A model generated the notes under the pieces. The model saw only the letters and a program-made list of their open reading frames with translations. It was not told the origin of the DNA and ran no database searches. Positions 27,335 to 37,872 of a stretch of 64,000 nucleotides of DNA are shown piece after piece. The position numbers were made by a program, and so were the translations under genes. Location: sequence record PQ330092.1, one strand, 5' to 3'. Each line of letters starts with the position of its first letter. The first letter of the stretch is position 1.

Positions 27335-29728
27335 ATGACAACTTTTACCCCACGATGGGATATAAAAGCCGATGCTCGATATATACAAGAAGGACAAGAC
27401 ATTCTTGTGCGTTTGAGTATCAATAAAGAAAGCACAACGGATGATAGCTATGTATTAAATGAAGATGAATACTTAGAAATGATTCTTAACATACAATGCT
27501 TGGATAGTTCAGGTGCTGTATTTGATCCAGAACCACATTATACTTTTTATGTTGGTAATGACGAAAATACTTTTGTTCCTATTTCAGATGGTACAACTGG
27601 TAATAAATTAGTAAATGGTAAGCATAAGTGTAAAATCAACAAAAATGAATTTAACTTATCTGCAAGTACTAATAGTGAAGATGTTTATTTTATAAAAATT
27701 CATTGTAAAAATGATGGAACCTATAATAATACAGAAATTATAAATTTTTATTTACAAGCAGTAAATGTTATGTATTTTGGAAATATTTCACCAAGTGGTG
27801 TTCTAGGATTAACTGATACATCAATAACATATGATAGTCAAGAAGTTTGGGTTACACCCGGAGTTGAGATTGGTGATGACAAAAAGCTTTATTGTATTGG
27901 TGATGTTGAGTATGGCTCCAACAGTACATTGTTCGTTCAAGGATTTGGAAGAAGACGACCTTTCATTTTGGGTACTGACATGACTACTGATATTACACCT
28001 CGTGTCTTTTTTCCAGCATATCGTTTGATTGACATGGATATTTCTGAAGTTCCAGATAAACATATTACGAATGATTTCGCAGTATTCAAGCCAGCACAAT
28101 CAACATGGCCTATTTCTGGTATAAACAAAGAAGTAAAAGTTAATATTCAAAATAGAAATGGTAATTTAATTGACACTGGAATGGTGTTCAACCCAAATGG
28201 GCAATTATTGCAAACATTTTTATATGACTCAGATGCTTGTGATGCATATTTTAAAGTTGAGATTGTTGATATATTAAGTACATACACCGAAGAAAGTGAA
28301 AGGTTTGCTATCAATCAACGATATAAAGCATATCAAATGTGGGTTTGTCCTGAAGACATAGATACTATATATTCTATTTCAGAAAAACCACTACCCAATC
28401 ATTTATATCAATTAAAAGATAATGTTGTGTATCCATACGTAATTAGTGGTGAATACGATAATGGAACAATTAAGCCCGTTTATGATAGTAGTGATTGGAT
28501 TGATTTAGGATATTATGACTCTACTCTTGGTGATAATATCATTGGTATGCAAAAAATGTTCAGGGTTTTGATAAACGCAGAAGAAGGTAATAATATAAAC
28601 TTTATTACTGATAGTGATTTAGGAACCATACATGTTGGTGAATATTTTGGAGACAGTATATATCCTAAAATTGAAACTGATAGCTCTAATCAAGTTTCGT
28701 ATGTTTTAGATGGTGGTGATGACATTAGAAAGTATGGGATAGATTTGACACCAGATGGATATCTTGTAGGAACTGCATATGCCAAAAGTATTGATTTTAG
28801 TGAAAATGATGATATTAAATTATCGTTTTATGTTAAAGCATTTAGTACTGAAGGTGGTGAAGCAAGAAAAATATTTAACCTTAAGATTGTAAGAGGATTC
28901 GGACAGAATTATTTGAGTGCACATGTATTACCTTCGGTTGCATTTGAGAGAGAATGGTTTAAATGTATAAGTACTTCATCATTCACTAATCAACTATTTT
29001 TCCGACAATCTGACAATAGATATGGTCTTCAGAAAATACCGAAGATGTTATTGAAAGAAAACTTCCTAAGTCAAACGTATCCATATACTAACCTTTCTGA
29101 TATCAAGAAAGTATTGAGAAATAGTATAATTAACCCAAATGGAACTACTATTCCAAATGGAAAATTTAAAATGGTAATGGGTAATTATAAAATAATATCA
29201 GCACTTGACAATCAAGGTAACTTACAATATGATCTATTATATAGAGAGGTTTTACCTGAAGGTTCTTTAGTATCTGTATCCAAAAATCCACGTCAATATA
29301 CTCAAATCGACAACGGTCAGCTTGGTGAATTATTTGGTTTACGACAAAATATTTTTCAGGCTATTGGTGAAGACACAACCAACTTAGTAAAAGACCCAAC
29401 CGATTTACAAAATCGTGGTCTATACGTTGATGCGATACCAAGTATCAGTGATGAAATGCTTGATACGGTCCCAAGATTTATGAATCACCCATACATTGAA
29501 GATGGTATACAGAAAAAATTCATGCCTATCATTCCAGTTGCATATTGTCAACCAGGCAAAGGTGAAGCATTTTTCAACACTTTACTTCAGAACAATGAAC
29601 ATGGTACAATGGTAGGTGTAGAGTTCGAAATCACATCGGTTGAATTCGGATACTTTTCGCATGAATCAGTGAATTATGTTTCAGATACATTTTTGATTAC
29701 ATTGCAAAACAATAACATAGGAGGTTAA
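27335..29728 (+). CDS. Large putative virion structural protein (baseplate-like, Ig/cadherin-like segment)
   Basis: TATAAATA late promoter at about 27289; DLGTIHVGE...GIDLTPDGYLVG segment. Confidence 0.5.
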   Translation: MTTFTPRWDIKADARYIQEGQDILVRLSINKESTTDDSYVLNEDEYLEMILNIQCLDSSGAVFDPEPHYTFYVGNDENTFVPISDGTTGNKLVNGKHKCKINKNEFNLSASTNSEDVYFIKIHCKNDGTYNNTEIINFYLQAVNVMYFGNISPSGVLGLTDTSITYDSQEVWVTPGVEIGDDKKLYCIGDVEYGSNSTLFVQGFGRRRPFILGTDMTTDITPRVFFPAYRLIDMDISEVPDKHITNDFAVFKPAQSTWPISGINKEVKVNIQNRNGNLIDTGMVFNPNGQLLQTFLYDSDACDAYFKVEIVDILSTYTEESERFAINQRYKAYQMWVCPEDIDTIYSISEKPLPNHLYQLKDNVVYPYVISGEYDNGTIKPVYDSSDWIDLGYYDSTLGDNIIGMQKMFRVLINAEEGNNINFITDSDLGTIHVGEYFGDSIYPKIETDSSNQVSYVLDGGDDIRKYGIDLTPDGYLVGTAYAKSIDFSENDDIKLSFYVKAFSTEGGEARKIFNLKIVRGFGQNYLSAHVLPSVAFEREWFKCISTSSFTNQLFFRQSDNRYGLQKIPKMLLKENFLSQTYPYTNLSDIKKVLRNSIINPNGTTIPNGKFKMVMGNYKIISALDNQGNLQYDLLYREVLPEGSLVSVSKNPRQYTQIDNGQLGELFGLRQNIFQAIGEDTTNLVKDPTDLQNRGLYVDAIPSISDEMLDTVPRFMNHPYIEDGIQKKFMPIIPVAYCQPGKGEAFFNTLLQNNEHGTMVGVEFEITSVEFGYFSHESVNYVSDTFLITLQNNNIGG

Positions 29729-29729
29729 T

Positions 29730-30041
29730 ATGTTTAATCCGTTTTTTGACCCGTCTGGAATGACGGAAAAAGAACTACAGTTAAAAATTAATGAACAGTC
29801 AATGCGTTTGACTTCTGCTCGTGCTGCTGGCCTAAGCGACATGATTATTGGTAATATGCAAACTGTCTTAAATCAATGTTATGCTGAACTAGAACTTCGC
29901 CAAGGACAAAAAGAAAAAACTGTTTATGACGAAGAAGACCCATGTATCTTCGATATGGATTCATATCTAACTGACAACGAAGAGGCCCAGAAGAAGAAAA
30001 ATGAAAGTACAAGGAAACAGATTTATAAGTCCCAATGGTGA
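29730..30041 (+). CDS. Hypothetical protein
   Basis: 103-aa ORF with GGAGG SD. Confidence 0.75.
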   Translation: MFNPFFDPSGMTEKELQLKINEQSMRLTSARAAGLSDMIIGNMQTVLNQCYAELELRQGQKEKTVYDEEDPCIFDMDSYLTDNEEAQKKKNESTRKQIYKSQW

Positions 30042-30519
30042 TGTGAAATGTAATCTTAACGCAGTTGTTTATGCAATCAATTGCGGTGCAGATATCCAGT
30101 ACTTACAATTGCAGGAAATTGATGAACCTGAAAGGTTGAAATTCAATGATAACTGTAAAAAATTTGGCTTAGAACAACGTATGCTGGATTATACAATTGA
30201 GCATGATAAAAATCATGAACTGTGGCGATATGATCCAGTATACGACAATATAAATCTGCGTGACTTTTTCTTACAAAAATGCACATCCGATGAAGCACGA
30301 AAACGTGTTGAGTATGAACTTGATTTATATGAATATTATAATATGACAAAGCTACTAAGATGTATGATATGGCTTGTTGATTATATGGAAGAAAATGAGA
30401 TCTTTTGGGGTCTAGGTCGTGGAAGCTCTGTTGCATCATACTGTTTGTTTTTGATTGGACTACATATGGTAGATTCATTGAAGTACGAACTTGATGTTAA
30501 CGAATTTTTGAAATGGTAG
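30001..30519 (+). CDS. Truncated DNA polymerase III alpha (DnaE)-like protein
   Basis: RVEYELDLY...WGLGRGSSVASYCLFLIGLHMVDSLKYEL matches the DnaE GRGS region; ends before the PDxD catalytic motif. Confidence 0.75.
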   Translation: MKVQGNRFISPNGDVKCNLNAVVYAINCGADIQYLQLQEIDEPERLKFNDNCKKFGLEQRMLDYTIEHDKNHELWRYDPVYDNINLRDFFLQKCTSDEARKRVEYELDLYEYYNMTKLLRCMIWLVDYMEENEIFWGLGRGSSVASYCLFLIGLHMVDSLKYELDVNEFLKW

Positions 30520-30582
30520 AAAAACATGTGATATAATGTTTATTGTAGGCTTATATCACACATACAATAAAAGGATTTTGAT

Positions 30583-30927
30583 ATGTCTAAACATACAACT
30601 TATCGTGGTACAACAATTGACATGGATATGCTCAAGTACCAAAATCAACATCAGGTAGCATTGGGTAATGCTAATCTAAACGCACGTGGTGATAAAATCG
30701 GTTCCGGTGGAACAATTATTAAAACTCGTGAAGAGTTGATTCAAGAAAAAGAACGAGAAATGCAAATTCCTGATTATATCCCTGAACATCAACTTCATAG
30801 TACTGAACATGGTACAGATGAAGTATGGGATGATGAGAGTTTTGAAGTTAAGCCCGAAGAACAAGAAGCTGAGGTTTCTGAAGAGAAGAAAGCACCACGT
30901 CGAGCTAGAACCAAAGATCAGGAGTAA
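30583..30927 (+). CDS. Hypothetical protein
   Basis: 114-aa ORF with SD; promoter upstream. Confidence 0.7.
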   Translation: MSKHTTYRGTTIDMDMLKYQNQHQVALGNANLNARGDKIGSGGTIIKTREELIQEKEREMQIPDYIPEHQLHSTEHGTDEVWDDESFEVKPEEQEAEVSEEKKAPRRARTKDQE

Positions 30928-30935
30928 TATATTAA

Positions 30936-31262
30936 ATGACTAATAAAGTAATGACTGCATGTAAAGGTAAAGTACTGGTAACTGAACTGGAACATGGTGA
31001 ACGCAAAACAGCAGGTGGTATCGTTTTAACAAACGATGACGGTAAAATTAGAGGTATTCGTTCTCGCTGGGCAAAAGTTTATTCTGTAGGCGAAGACATT
31101 ACTGATATTAAAGAAGGTCAATGGATTTTAATTGATCATGGTCGATGGTCAAGAACTATTGAAGTTGATGGTATTGAATTAAACTTGGTTGATTATCCAG
31201 CCGCAGTTAGTTTAGTTTCAGATGAAGATCCACGAACTAAAATGCTAACCTTTGGTCGTTAA
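30936..31262 (+). CDS. groES: GroES-like co-chaperonin (T4 gp31 analogue)
   Basis: KVLV...ERKTAGGIVL mobile loop, VYSVG, IKEGQWIL. Confidence 0.85.
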   Translation: MTNKVMTACKGKVLVTELEHGERKTAGGIVLTNDDGKIRGIRSRWAKVYSVGEDITDIKEGQWILIDHGRWSRTIEVDGIELNLVDYPAAVSLVSDEDPRTKMLTFGR

Positions 31263-31315
31263 TAAAATATAATTAAAGCTCGGATGAATATCTGGGCTTT
31301 TTATTTGGACAGATT

Positions 31316-31588
31316 TTGATGATAACTGATGATGGAAAATTTAGTTTCAAGGATGTAACATTAGTATCTAAAAACGGAAGATTCATGTTTGAAGATAGAA
31401 AAAATACCAAATATGTATATGAAGTTTCACATGATATGTTTAAAGTTTTATTAGTTGCATCAGCCCAAGCTGAAAGTACTGGGATTAAAAATAAGGCAAA
31501 TTCTTTTAATTTTTTATTAAATCAATTGGAAATGACAGAAGAACTTTTCACGGCTTTATTATATAATTCAGCCGATTGGATTCTATAA
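31316..31588 (+). CDS. Hypothetical protein
   Basis: 90-aa ORF. Confidence 0.6.
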   Translation: MMITDDGKFSFKDVTLVSKNGRFMFEDRKNTKYVYEVSHDMFKVLLVASAQAESTGIKNKANSFNFLLNQLEMTEELFTALLYNSADWIL

Positions 31589-31611
31589 CACGTACACATA
31601 AGGAAATACAA

Positions 31612-32565
31612 ATGACCACACTATGGACTGAAAAATATCGCCCACAATCAATGGAAGATTATGTATCAAAAAACGATGCACTACGCCAGAAAATGGAAGA
31701 ATGGATTAAGACTGGTGACATTCCACATATTGGGTTTTTTGGCCCAGCAGGAACTGGTAAAACATCTGCGATCAAGGTACTAATTAATGGACTAGTTCAA
31801 AATGGACACCTTGATCCAAGTGATGTGACCACGCTTAACATGTCCGATGAAGGCATTGATGCTGTTCGTGACAAAATCGATGCCGCAGCAAAGCTATCAT
31901 GTTTTGGTAGATATCGTATTTTTGTTCTTGAAGAAATGGAGCAGATGAACCACAAAGCACAAGGTAGTTTGAAACGTGTAATGGAAGACTATCATGAAAA
32001 TGCTCGCTTTATTTTAACAAGTAACGAACCACATAAAATTCAAAAACCTATCATTTCTCGTGTTCAAGTTATTACAATCGAAAAGCATGATATGGAACAA
32101 TTCATGACTCGAATTTATAATATTCTTCTAGCAGAAGGTGTTGATTTGAGTAGTGATGATAGTGTTGAACAAGTTCAAAAGTACATCAATGCTTCCTATC
32201 CTGATTTCCGTAAAACACTAAACGTATTGCAAAGTTCAGTTGTTGATGGTAAGCTAGTAAAACTTGAAGATAGTATTGAAAATTCAGCAGGGTATCGTAC
32301 TGCAATTGTTGAAGCATTAAAGGCAGGCAACATTCGCCAAATGCGTGAACAAATTGTACAAAATATCCCTGATGATGAGATGGATGCATTTTTCTCTTAC
32401 TTGTACAGAAATGCTGAAATGTTCAGTACTGATGAAATCACACTGATGAAGATTAAAGTTAAAATTCGTGATGCAGTTGTTAAGCAAGCAACAGTATCAG
32501 ACCGTGAAATGAATCTTAGTGCTTTACTGTGTGAGATTGACCTAATTTGTTCGGGGAACATGTAA
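31612..32565 (+). CDS. Clamp loader AAA+ subunit (RFC / T4 gp44-like)
   Basis: WTEKYRPQS, GPAGTGKT, LNMSDEGID, LEEMEQM, FILTSN, PIISR. Confidence 0.92.
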   Translation: MTTLWTEKYRPQSMEDYVSKNDALRQKMEEWIKTGDIPHIGFFGPAGTGKTSAIKVLINGLVQNGHLDPSDVTTLNMSDEGIDAVRDKIDAAAKLSCFGRYRIFVLEEMEQMNHKAQGSLKRVMEDYHENARFILTSNEPHKIQKPIISRVQVITIEKHDMEQFMTRIYNILLAEGVDLSSDDSVEQVQKYINASYPDFRKTLNVLQSSVVDGKLVKLEDSIENSAGYRTAIVEALKAGNIRQMREQIVQNIPDDEMDAFFSYLYRNAEMFSTDEITLMKIKVKIRDAVVKQATVSDREMNLSALLCEIDLICSGNM

Positions 32566-33191
32566 TGAAACCACGTTGTATAGTTTTTGATTGTGATGAA
32601 GTTCTATTGGACCATATGGGTATGCTTTCTGAGTTTGTAAAACAAACTTATAATATCACACCATCAACACCATACCCATTAGAATATGATTTATCCGATT
32701 GGTTGGGTGTCCCCCAACAAGAAGTTAAAAAAATTCTTGAACAATTCAACCAACAATCATATTTGTTTGGGTTGTTAAAACCAGTCGAACCAAATACAGT
32801 TGATATTGTACAAGAGCTACGTGATCGTTTTCATAAAGAAAAATTTGTAGTACTAACGAAATGTGGTAAAAAAGGTTATGGTGAAGTTTTACGTAATGTA
32901 AACCTAATGCGTGAATTTGGTGAAAACTGTTTTGATGAGATTATTATTATCGAAATGAATGAATCAAAGAAACAAGCACTAGAGGATTTACAGTCTAGAT
33001 ATGATGTAAAACTTATGATTGATGATTATATCAATAATATTGAAACTGCAATGGGACTTGGCATTCCGTCAGTTATGATGGGATGTTCTCATAATTCAAT
33101 GTATAAGAACACTGGTAATTTTGAATACATTGAGAACTGGACAGATCTTAGATTGAAAATTTATTCAGTACTAGGTAAATATTACAAATAA
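32565..33191 (+). CDS. HAD-family 5'(3')-deoxyribonucleotidase-like
   Basis: VFDCDEVL motif I; MIDDYINN motif IV. Confidence 0.75.
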   Translation: MKPRCIVFDCDEVLLDHMGMLSEFVKQTYNITPSTPYPLEYDLSDWLGVPQQEVKKILEQFNQQSYLFGLLKPVEPNTVDIVQELRDRFHKEKFVVLTKCGKKGYGEVLRNVNLMREFGENCFDEIIIIEMNESKKQALEDLQSRYDVKLMIDDYINNIETAMGLGIPSVMMGCSHNSMYKNTGNFEYIENWTDLRLKIYSVLGKYYK

Positions 33192-33287
33192 AACTTTTAA
33201 ATTGGGGTTTGATTCAAACCCCTTTTGTTGTATTTTAAAAGTAGTAAATAGTATTATATGTGCTAGTTTTTAAGGATAATATAAAAT

Positions 33288-33851
33288 ATGGACGATTTAG
33301 ATTATACAGATAATGCTATTCAGCAGTTGTATGATAACAGTGGTATGTTAGATATACTTCTTGCTGTAGAGAAATATTTCGATGATAATGATTTATATGC
33401 GTATAAAGGAATTATTGAGGGTGAGTTGGTAGAGGGGCCAATTGTAAGTAAGTATTGGTGTACTGTAACTTTTAAATACTATCGTGAAAACTTCCCTGAT
33501 CCGACAGCATTCTCTATTTTGGAGAAGCATGGTACTAAAGTATATGTTAAAGCTGATTATGAAATAACTCCTATCAAAGAACCTAATCGACAAGCTGATA
33601 TGAAAAGTGTTGCGACACAATCAGGATCGGTACGTATACCAAAAAATGAAAGAATACCAGTACTATTGGTTAGAGTGCAGATTCCACGAAACTTGATTAA
33701 TCCAGAAAGTTTTGATGAATATAAACTAATGGCAGCAGAATTCAATAGTAATCCAATGAATTCTCCTGAGAATATTGAAGAACCTGTAACTGGTGATGAT
33801 GTGGATTTAGATGTAGAAGTAACGGATGAGACACAAGAAGGTGGAATGTAA
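33288..33851 (+). CDS. Hypothetical protein
   Basis: 187-aa ORF; TAAATA upstream. Confidence 0.75.
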   Translation: MDDLDYTDNAIQQLYDNSGMLDILLAVEKYFDDNDLYAYKGIIEGELVEGPIVSKYWCTVTFKYYRENFPDPTAFSILEKHGTKVYVKADYEITPIKEPNRQADMKSVATQSGSVRIPKNERIPVLLVRVQIPRNLINPESFDEYKLMAAEFNSNPMNSPENIEEPVTGDDVDLDVEVTDETQEGGM

Positions 33852-34531
33852 TGAAAAAGAAATTAAATGAACAAGGCTTACGTCCGCAAGTTCTCAAAGA
33901 TTTGATTCATCCTATCATTAGTGTTGATGAATATACTCCTAAAATTGAAGATAGTAATATTGTTATTATGTTTCAGGTACTTAACAATTTTGATGCAGCA
34001 TATGATTTATCTTCTTTTATTGAAAAATCACCTATTGATGTAGCTGATACAGAAGCAGCAGAAACACCAAATTTAGATGGTCGATATCAAGTTTATGTTG
34101 AAATGGAACGAAATGCTGAATTCCCTGAAAAACTTTTACGTTTAATTAAAACTATTGAAAATATTTGTCCAGACCCAGGTTGGAAAATACAACTATATGG
34201 TGTTAATGACCCAATCGATGTTGATTTTGAAGAAATACAGCAGAGAATTGATTTGGGTATTCCTAGTTCAATTAGTGAGTTCCTTGATTATGCTGGTGTT
34301 TCAGTAATCAAAGAAGGAAACATGTTGACATTAAAAACAGCATATGGTAAATTACATTACAGTACTGGAAGCGGTTTTGTTTCAGAAACATATGTGAAAA
34401 AGTTATTAAAGAATGATACACAATTAGACACTTCGCGTCTTAGTTCCATACTAGGGGAAAGCTATACAGTACTACGAAGTGGTGATCAATATGTAATTGG
34501 AAGAAACGGGAAATATTTGGTGTTGCGATGA
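33851..34531 (+). CDS. Hypothetical protein
   Basis: 226-aa ORF, TAATG coupling. Confidence 0.75.
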   Translation: MKKKLNEQGLRPQVLKDLIHPIISVDEYTPKIEDSNIVIMFQVLNNFDAAYDLSSFIEKSPIDVADTEAAETPNLDGRYQVYVEMERNAEFPEKLLRLIKTIENICPDPGWKIQLYGVNDPIDVDFEEIQQRIDLGIPSSISEFLDYAGVSVIKEGNMLTLKTAYGKLHYSTGSGFVSETYVKKLLKNDTQLDTSRLSSILGESYTVLRSGDQYVIGRNGKYLVLR

Positions 34532-35346
34532 GAATTTTAAATATGCTTAAATCTCTTCACGAAACAACCAAATTACATCAGGATGAAAAGTATCGTCGCA
34601 GCCTTACTAAAGATTTAGCATGTCGTATGTATATGCGTAGATTTGAAATTTCAAGAATTGGTAAAGGCTGGGATGATGTAAATCGTGAAGACATTGATCC
34701 AGATGCAATTTTTAAAGCATACATGGCTAGAAAAGTTTTCATAAATGAAAAAACTTTTTATATTGATAGTGATAGAGAATTAGAAAATAAATTTACAAAA
34801 GGTTTATGGAAGATATGGTGTGTTGAAGTATTCGGTGAAGTATTACCTGAGCCACCTGTTCCAGAAACTTATAAAGATTTAAAAAGTATTTTTGATAATG
34901 AACATATACATTCAAATTTCTCATTATATAATACTGTGTCAGAAGCTGTATTTTATGGTGAGTTACATGGTCATAACAAATACTTTGATAGTATGGTTAG
35001 TTTTGATTTGTTTTGTCACTTGCCTGGTGTATCAAGTTGGACATGTGACCAACACAGAGCAAGTAAGATTGATAAGCGAAAATTCTCGGCCCAAAGATTT
35101 ATGCAAGTTGCTATGAGTATGTATAAACTTGATTATCTTGGTTGTCCAGAACCATATAAACATTTTTGGAAAGAAAGAGCACAAAAATGTTTAAACTATT
35201 GTATAATCCGTTTAATGGACACATACATTCTTAAGTTTAGAAATGCAACTGTATACGACATGCCTGAACCACCAAAGAATGAAAAATATCCACCTGTCAA
35301 GACATTTGTATGGTACAAGGATAAAAGTAACAAAAGGATGCACTAA
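34528..35346 (+). CDS. Hypothetical protein
   Basis: 272-aa ORF, ATGA overlap. Confidence 0.7.
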   Translation: MRILNMLKSLHETTKLHQDEKYRRSLTKDLACRMYMRRFEISRIGKGWDDVNREDIDPDAIFKAYMARKVFINEKTFYIDSDRELENKFTKGLWKIWCVEVFGEVLPEPPVPETYKDLKSIFDNEHIHSNFSLYNTVSEAVFYGELHGHNKYFDSMVSFDLFCHLPGVSSWTCDQHRASKIDKRKFSAQRFMQVAMSMYKLDYLGCPEPYKHFWKERAQKCLNYCIIRLMDTYILKFRNATVYDMPEPPKNEKYPPVKTFVWYKDKSNKRMH

Positions 35347-35372
35347 GGTGCGTCCTTTTTTCTTTTCAGGTG

Positions 35373-35401
35373 TTGACATGTGTAGTCGAAGTATGTACAA
35401 T
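35373..35401 (+). promoter_or_regulatory. Sigma70-like early promoter
   Basis: TTGACA-17-TACAAT after the terminator aaaaggatgcac-taag-gtgcgtccttttt. Confidence 0.7.
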
Positions 35402-35442
35402 ATCACCATAGCGTAAATTTTAATTGATTATGAGGTTTTATA

Positions 35443-36570
35443 ATGAAAGGTAAATATTTTTTCATTGAAAATGGCAAAGAAGTTGAGATTCAAGAATTTA
35501 ACTATAATTATGTACTGAACTCTTTATTGAAACAATATGACCGTTCATCAAACAAAAAATACATTTATAATGTAATTGTTCGCCGCACCTATGACTCATT
35601 GGGTAATCCGTTATTTGATGTAAAAACTCTGTCATTAGATGAAATCTATTTTGATAATAAACGTCTGAAAGTTCTTGATTTAATGAAGGATAAAATTCAT
35701 TTTAGTAATATTAGAATTGATCCTAACATGCCAGTACCGCCATTAGAGCGTGAATATCGTGAATGGAAAGAAGGTCGTGCCAAACCACGTTTAGACTTGG
35801 TACAAACATCACCAGATGTACCTGCACCTATTGTTCTTAAGAAAAAACCTATCAACCCAGACGATAGCAGAATTGATGACATTGAAAGATGGGTTGAATT
35901 CCCTAGTACTATTGAAAAGAATTCAGTAAAAGTACTAGACTGGTTTGTAAACTTACCAGTTTGTGCACAAGAAATTGGAACTAAGATTCAACAAATTTCA
36001 GAACGTCAATTGGATCTTAACTCAGCATTACAACAGCATAGTGATTATATTAGAATGCTTATGAATAACCTTACTGTTGCGTTGGAAACGTTGTTCCCAT
36101 TGAAGCCGACCTTTACACAGAAATTGTTTGGTAAAACTGATATCAAAGTGCAACCATCAGATTTGCCAAAAGTGATGAAAGCACTAAATGAAGCAGTTAA
36201 GTATGACACTAATAAGTTTAGTGGTCTTAGTACGATGTTTTCAGAACTTAGAAACGAAGTTAATGAAATCAAAAATGAACTTGAATATGGTAAGTTGGGT
36301 TGTGAATACGCACTACGTTGTGTGGATGATGCGTTTGAATATGAATTAACATTAGAACGTATTATGAAAATGGGAATCACCACCTCCATGACTGAAACGA
36401 GCATTATTGCAACAAGTAAGCAATATCAAGTTGATATGAATCGTATGGTAGATATTCAAACTATTACTATTCCTTTGATTATCAATCGTTTACAATCACA
36501 GACAGGTAAAGCTGTGGATGAGAGTACTGTAGAAATTATTCGTAATCTGGCATATGGTAACAAAGAGTAA
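35443..36570 (+). CDS. Divergent TelA-like coiled-coil protein
   Basis: Helical C-terminal half; FTQKLFG and ITIPLI segments parallel the downstream TelA. Confidence 0.5.
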   Translation: MKGKYFFIENGKEVEIQEFNYNYVLNSLLKQYDRSSNKKYIYNVIVRRTYDSLGNPLFDVKTLSLDEIYFDNKRLKVLDLMKDKIHFSNIRIDPNMPVPPLEREYREWKEGRAKPRLDLVQTSPDVPAPIVLKKKPINPDDSRIDDIERWVEFPSTIEKNSVKVLDWFVNLPVCAQEIGTKIQQISERQLDLNSALQQHSDYIRMLMNNLTVALETLFPLKPTFTQKLFGKTDIKVQPSDLPKVMKALNEAVKYDTNKFSGLSTMFSELRNEVNEIKNELEYGKLGCEYALRCVDDAFEYELTLERIMKMGITTSMTETSIIATSKQYQVDMNRMVDIQTITIPLIINRLQSQTGKAVDESTVEIIRNLAYGNKE

Positions 36571-36656
36571 AAAAAATACTTGACTATCATACGTGCTGCC
36601 CGTATAATGTTTATCACAGAGCAGCACATCATATTAAATTAAACGAGGAATACTAA

Positions 36657-37793
36657 ATGTCCGAGAAAGAAATCAATCCTAAAAAAGCATCCACCGCAGC
36701 TAAATCAGCAAAACGCACTACTAAAACTGCGTCTAAAGGTCATACAATTGATGCAAGTGATATTTTTAACCAAACTACAAAATCACTACCAGTACTGAAA
36801 GATGTTAAGGGAAATACTATGTCTCTAACAGTTCAAAACATCAATACTGTTGGTACAACTGCTGGTGCTGCTGTTGGGCGTTTGGCTGATGAAATTATGT
36901 CTAAAGTTAATGTAACGGATGACAATACCGAGTTTGGTAAATCAATCACCACAATTCTTACGTTGACTCGTGCAGTTGATATTGACAGTCTTCAAGAAGA
37001 TAAATCAATTGTTGGTCGTATTAAGAAATTCTTTGTTAATGCTCAACAGAAAGTAGGTGATCAGTACAAAAACAGTAAAGAGCAAATTGACGAAATTATG
37101 AAAACTCTTCAAACTGGTATTAATCGCCAGCACGGAGAATGTGAATGGCTTGATAAAGCATATAATGAAAACAAAGAATATTTGTTTGAATTACGTGATA
37201 CATTAGTTGGTTTAGAAGAAGTAACTAAAACACAAGATGCATTATTATTAGAAATGCAAGCAGACAAAAATGTAGACTCTTTTGCTATTCAAGAGCAAAA
37301 GATGATTTGTGAAGCACTTTCTAAACAAGAAGATAAGATTCGTCGTCTTATCATGATGTGCGAGCTAAGTGGTCCACGTTTGATGAGTATGAAAAAAGTA
37401 AACTTGAACACTGTTTCTAAGTTTGAAGATTTAAAATCTGTTGTTATTCCAGCATGGAAGTCTCAATTGGCTGAACAGTTAATTTCCGAGCGTCAACGTA
37501 AGGATAATGAACTAGGCAATCTAATTGATAATGAGACAAACCGTCTTTTGGAAACTAACTCTAAAATGGTTGCAGCAAATATGTTGGACGCAGCAAAGGC
37601 AAACAACCGTGGTATTGTGGATATTAAAACCTTGCGTAATGTACATAAAACGATGATTGACAGTATTGAAGCAGTTATTGAAGAAGAGAAAAAAGGTAAA
37701 TTGGAACGTGAACGTGCTAAACAGGAAATTGCACAACTTTCCTATGAACTGGAAGACACTCTTCGTGAAATTGCCGAAAAAGCTAACAAGTAA
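36657..37793 (+). CDS. telA: Toxic anion resistance protein (TelA family)
   Basis: SIVGRIKKFF...DQYKNSKEQIDEI, LDKAYNENKEY, VIPAWKSQL, NRGIVDIKTL; own sigma70 promoter near 36580. Confidence 0.8.
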   Translation: MSEKEINPKKASTAAKSAKRTTKTASKGHTIDASDIFNQTTKSLPVLKDVKGNTMSLTVQNINTVGTTAGAAVGRLADEIMSKVNVTDDNTEFGKSITTILTLTRAVDIDSLQEDKSIVGRIKKFFVNAQQKVGDQYKNSKEQIDEIMKTLQTGINRQHGECEWLDKAYNENKEYLFELRDTLVGLEEVTKTQDALLLEMQADKNVDSFAIQEQKMICEALSKQEDKIRRLIMMCELSGPRLMSMKKVNLNTVSKFEDLKSVVIPAWKSQLAEQLISERQRKDNELGNLIDNETNRLLETNSKMVAANMLDAAKANNRGIVDIKTLRNVHKTMIDSIEAVIEEEKKGKLERERAKQEIAQLSYELEDTLREIAEKANK

Positions 37794-37872
37794 TAGTTGA
37801 CATATGAGTGCGTTTTTAATATAATCTTATTGAAAACGCACTCTTTTTAATGTACAGATAAGGAACTAACTT

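Noticed and set aside
29730-30519. 41-bp overlap of two ORFs as a possible frameshifted single gene
   Set aside because: Each ORF looks self-contained and no slippery or CGGA site was seen in the overlap.
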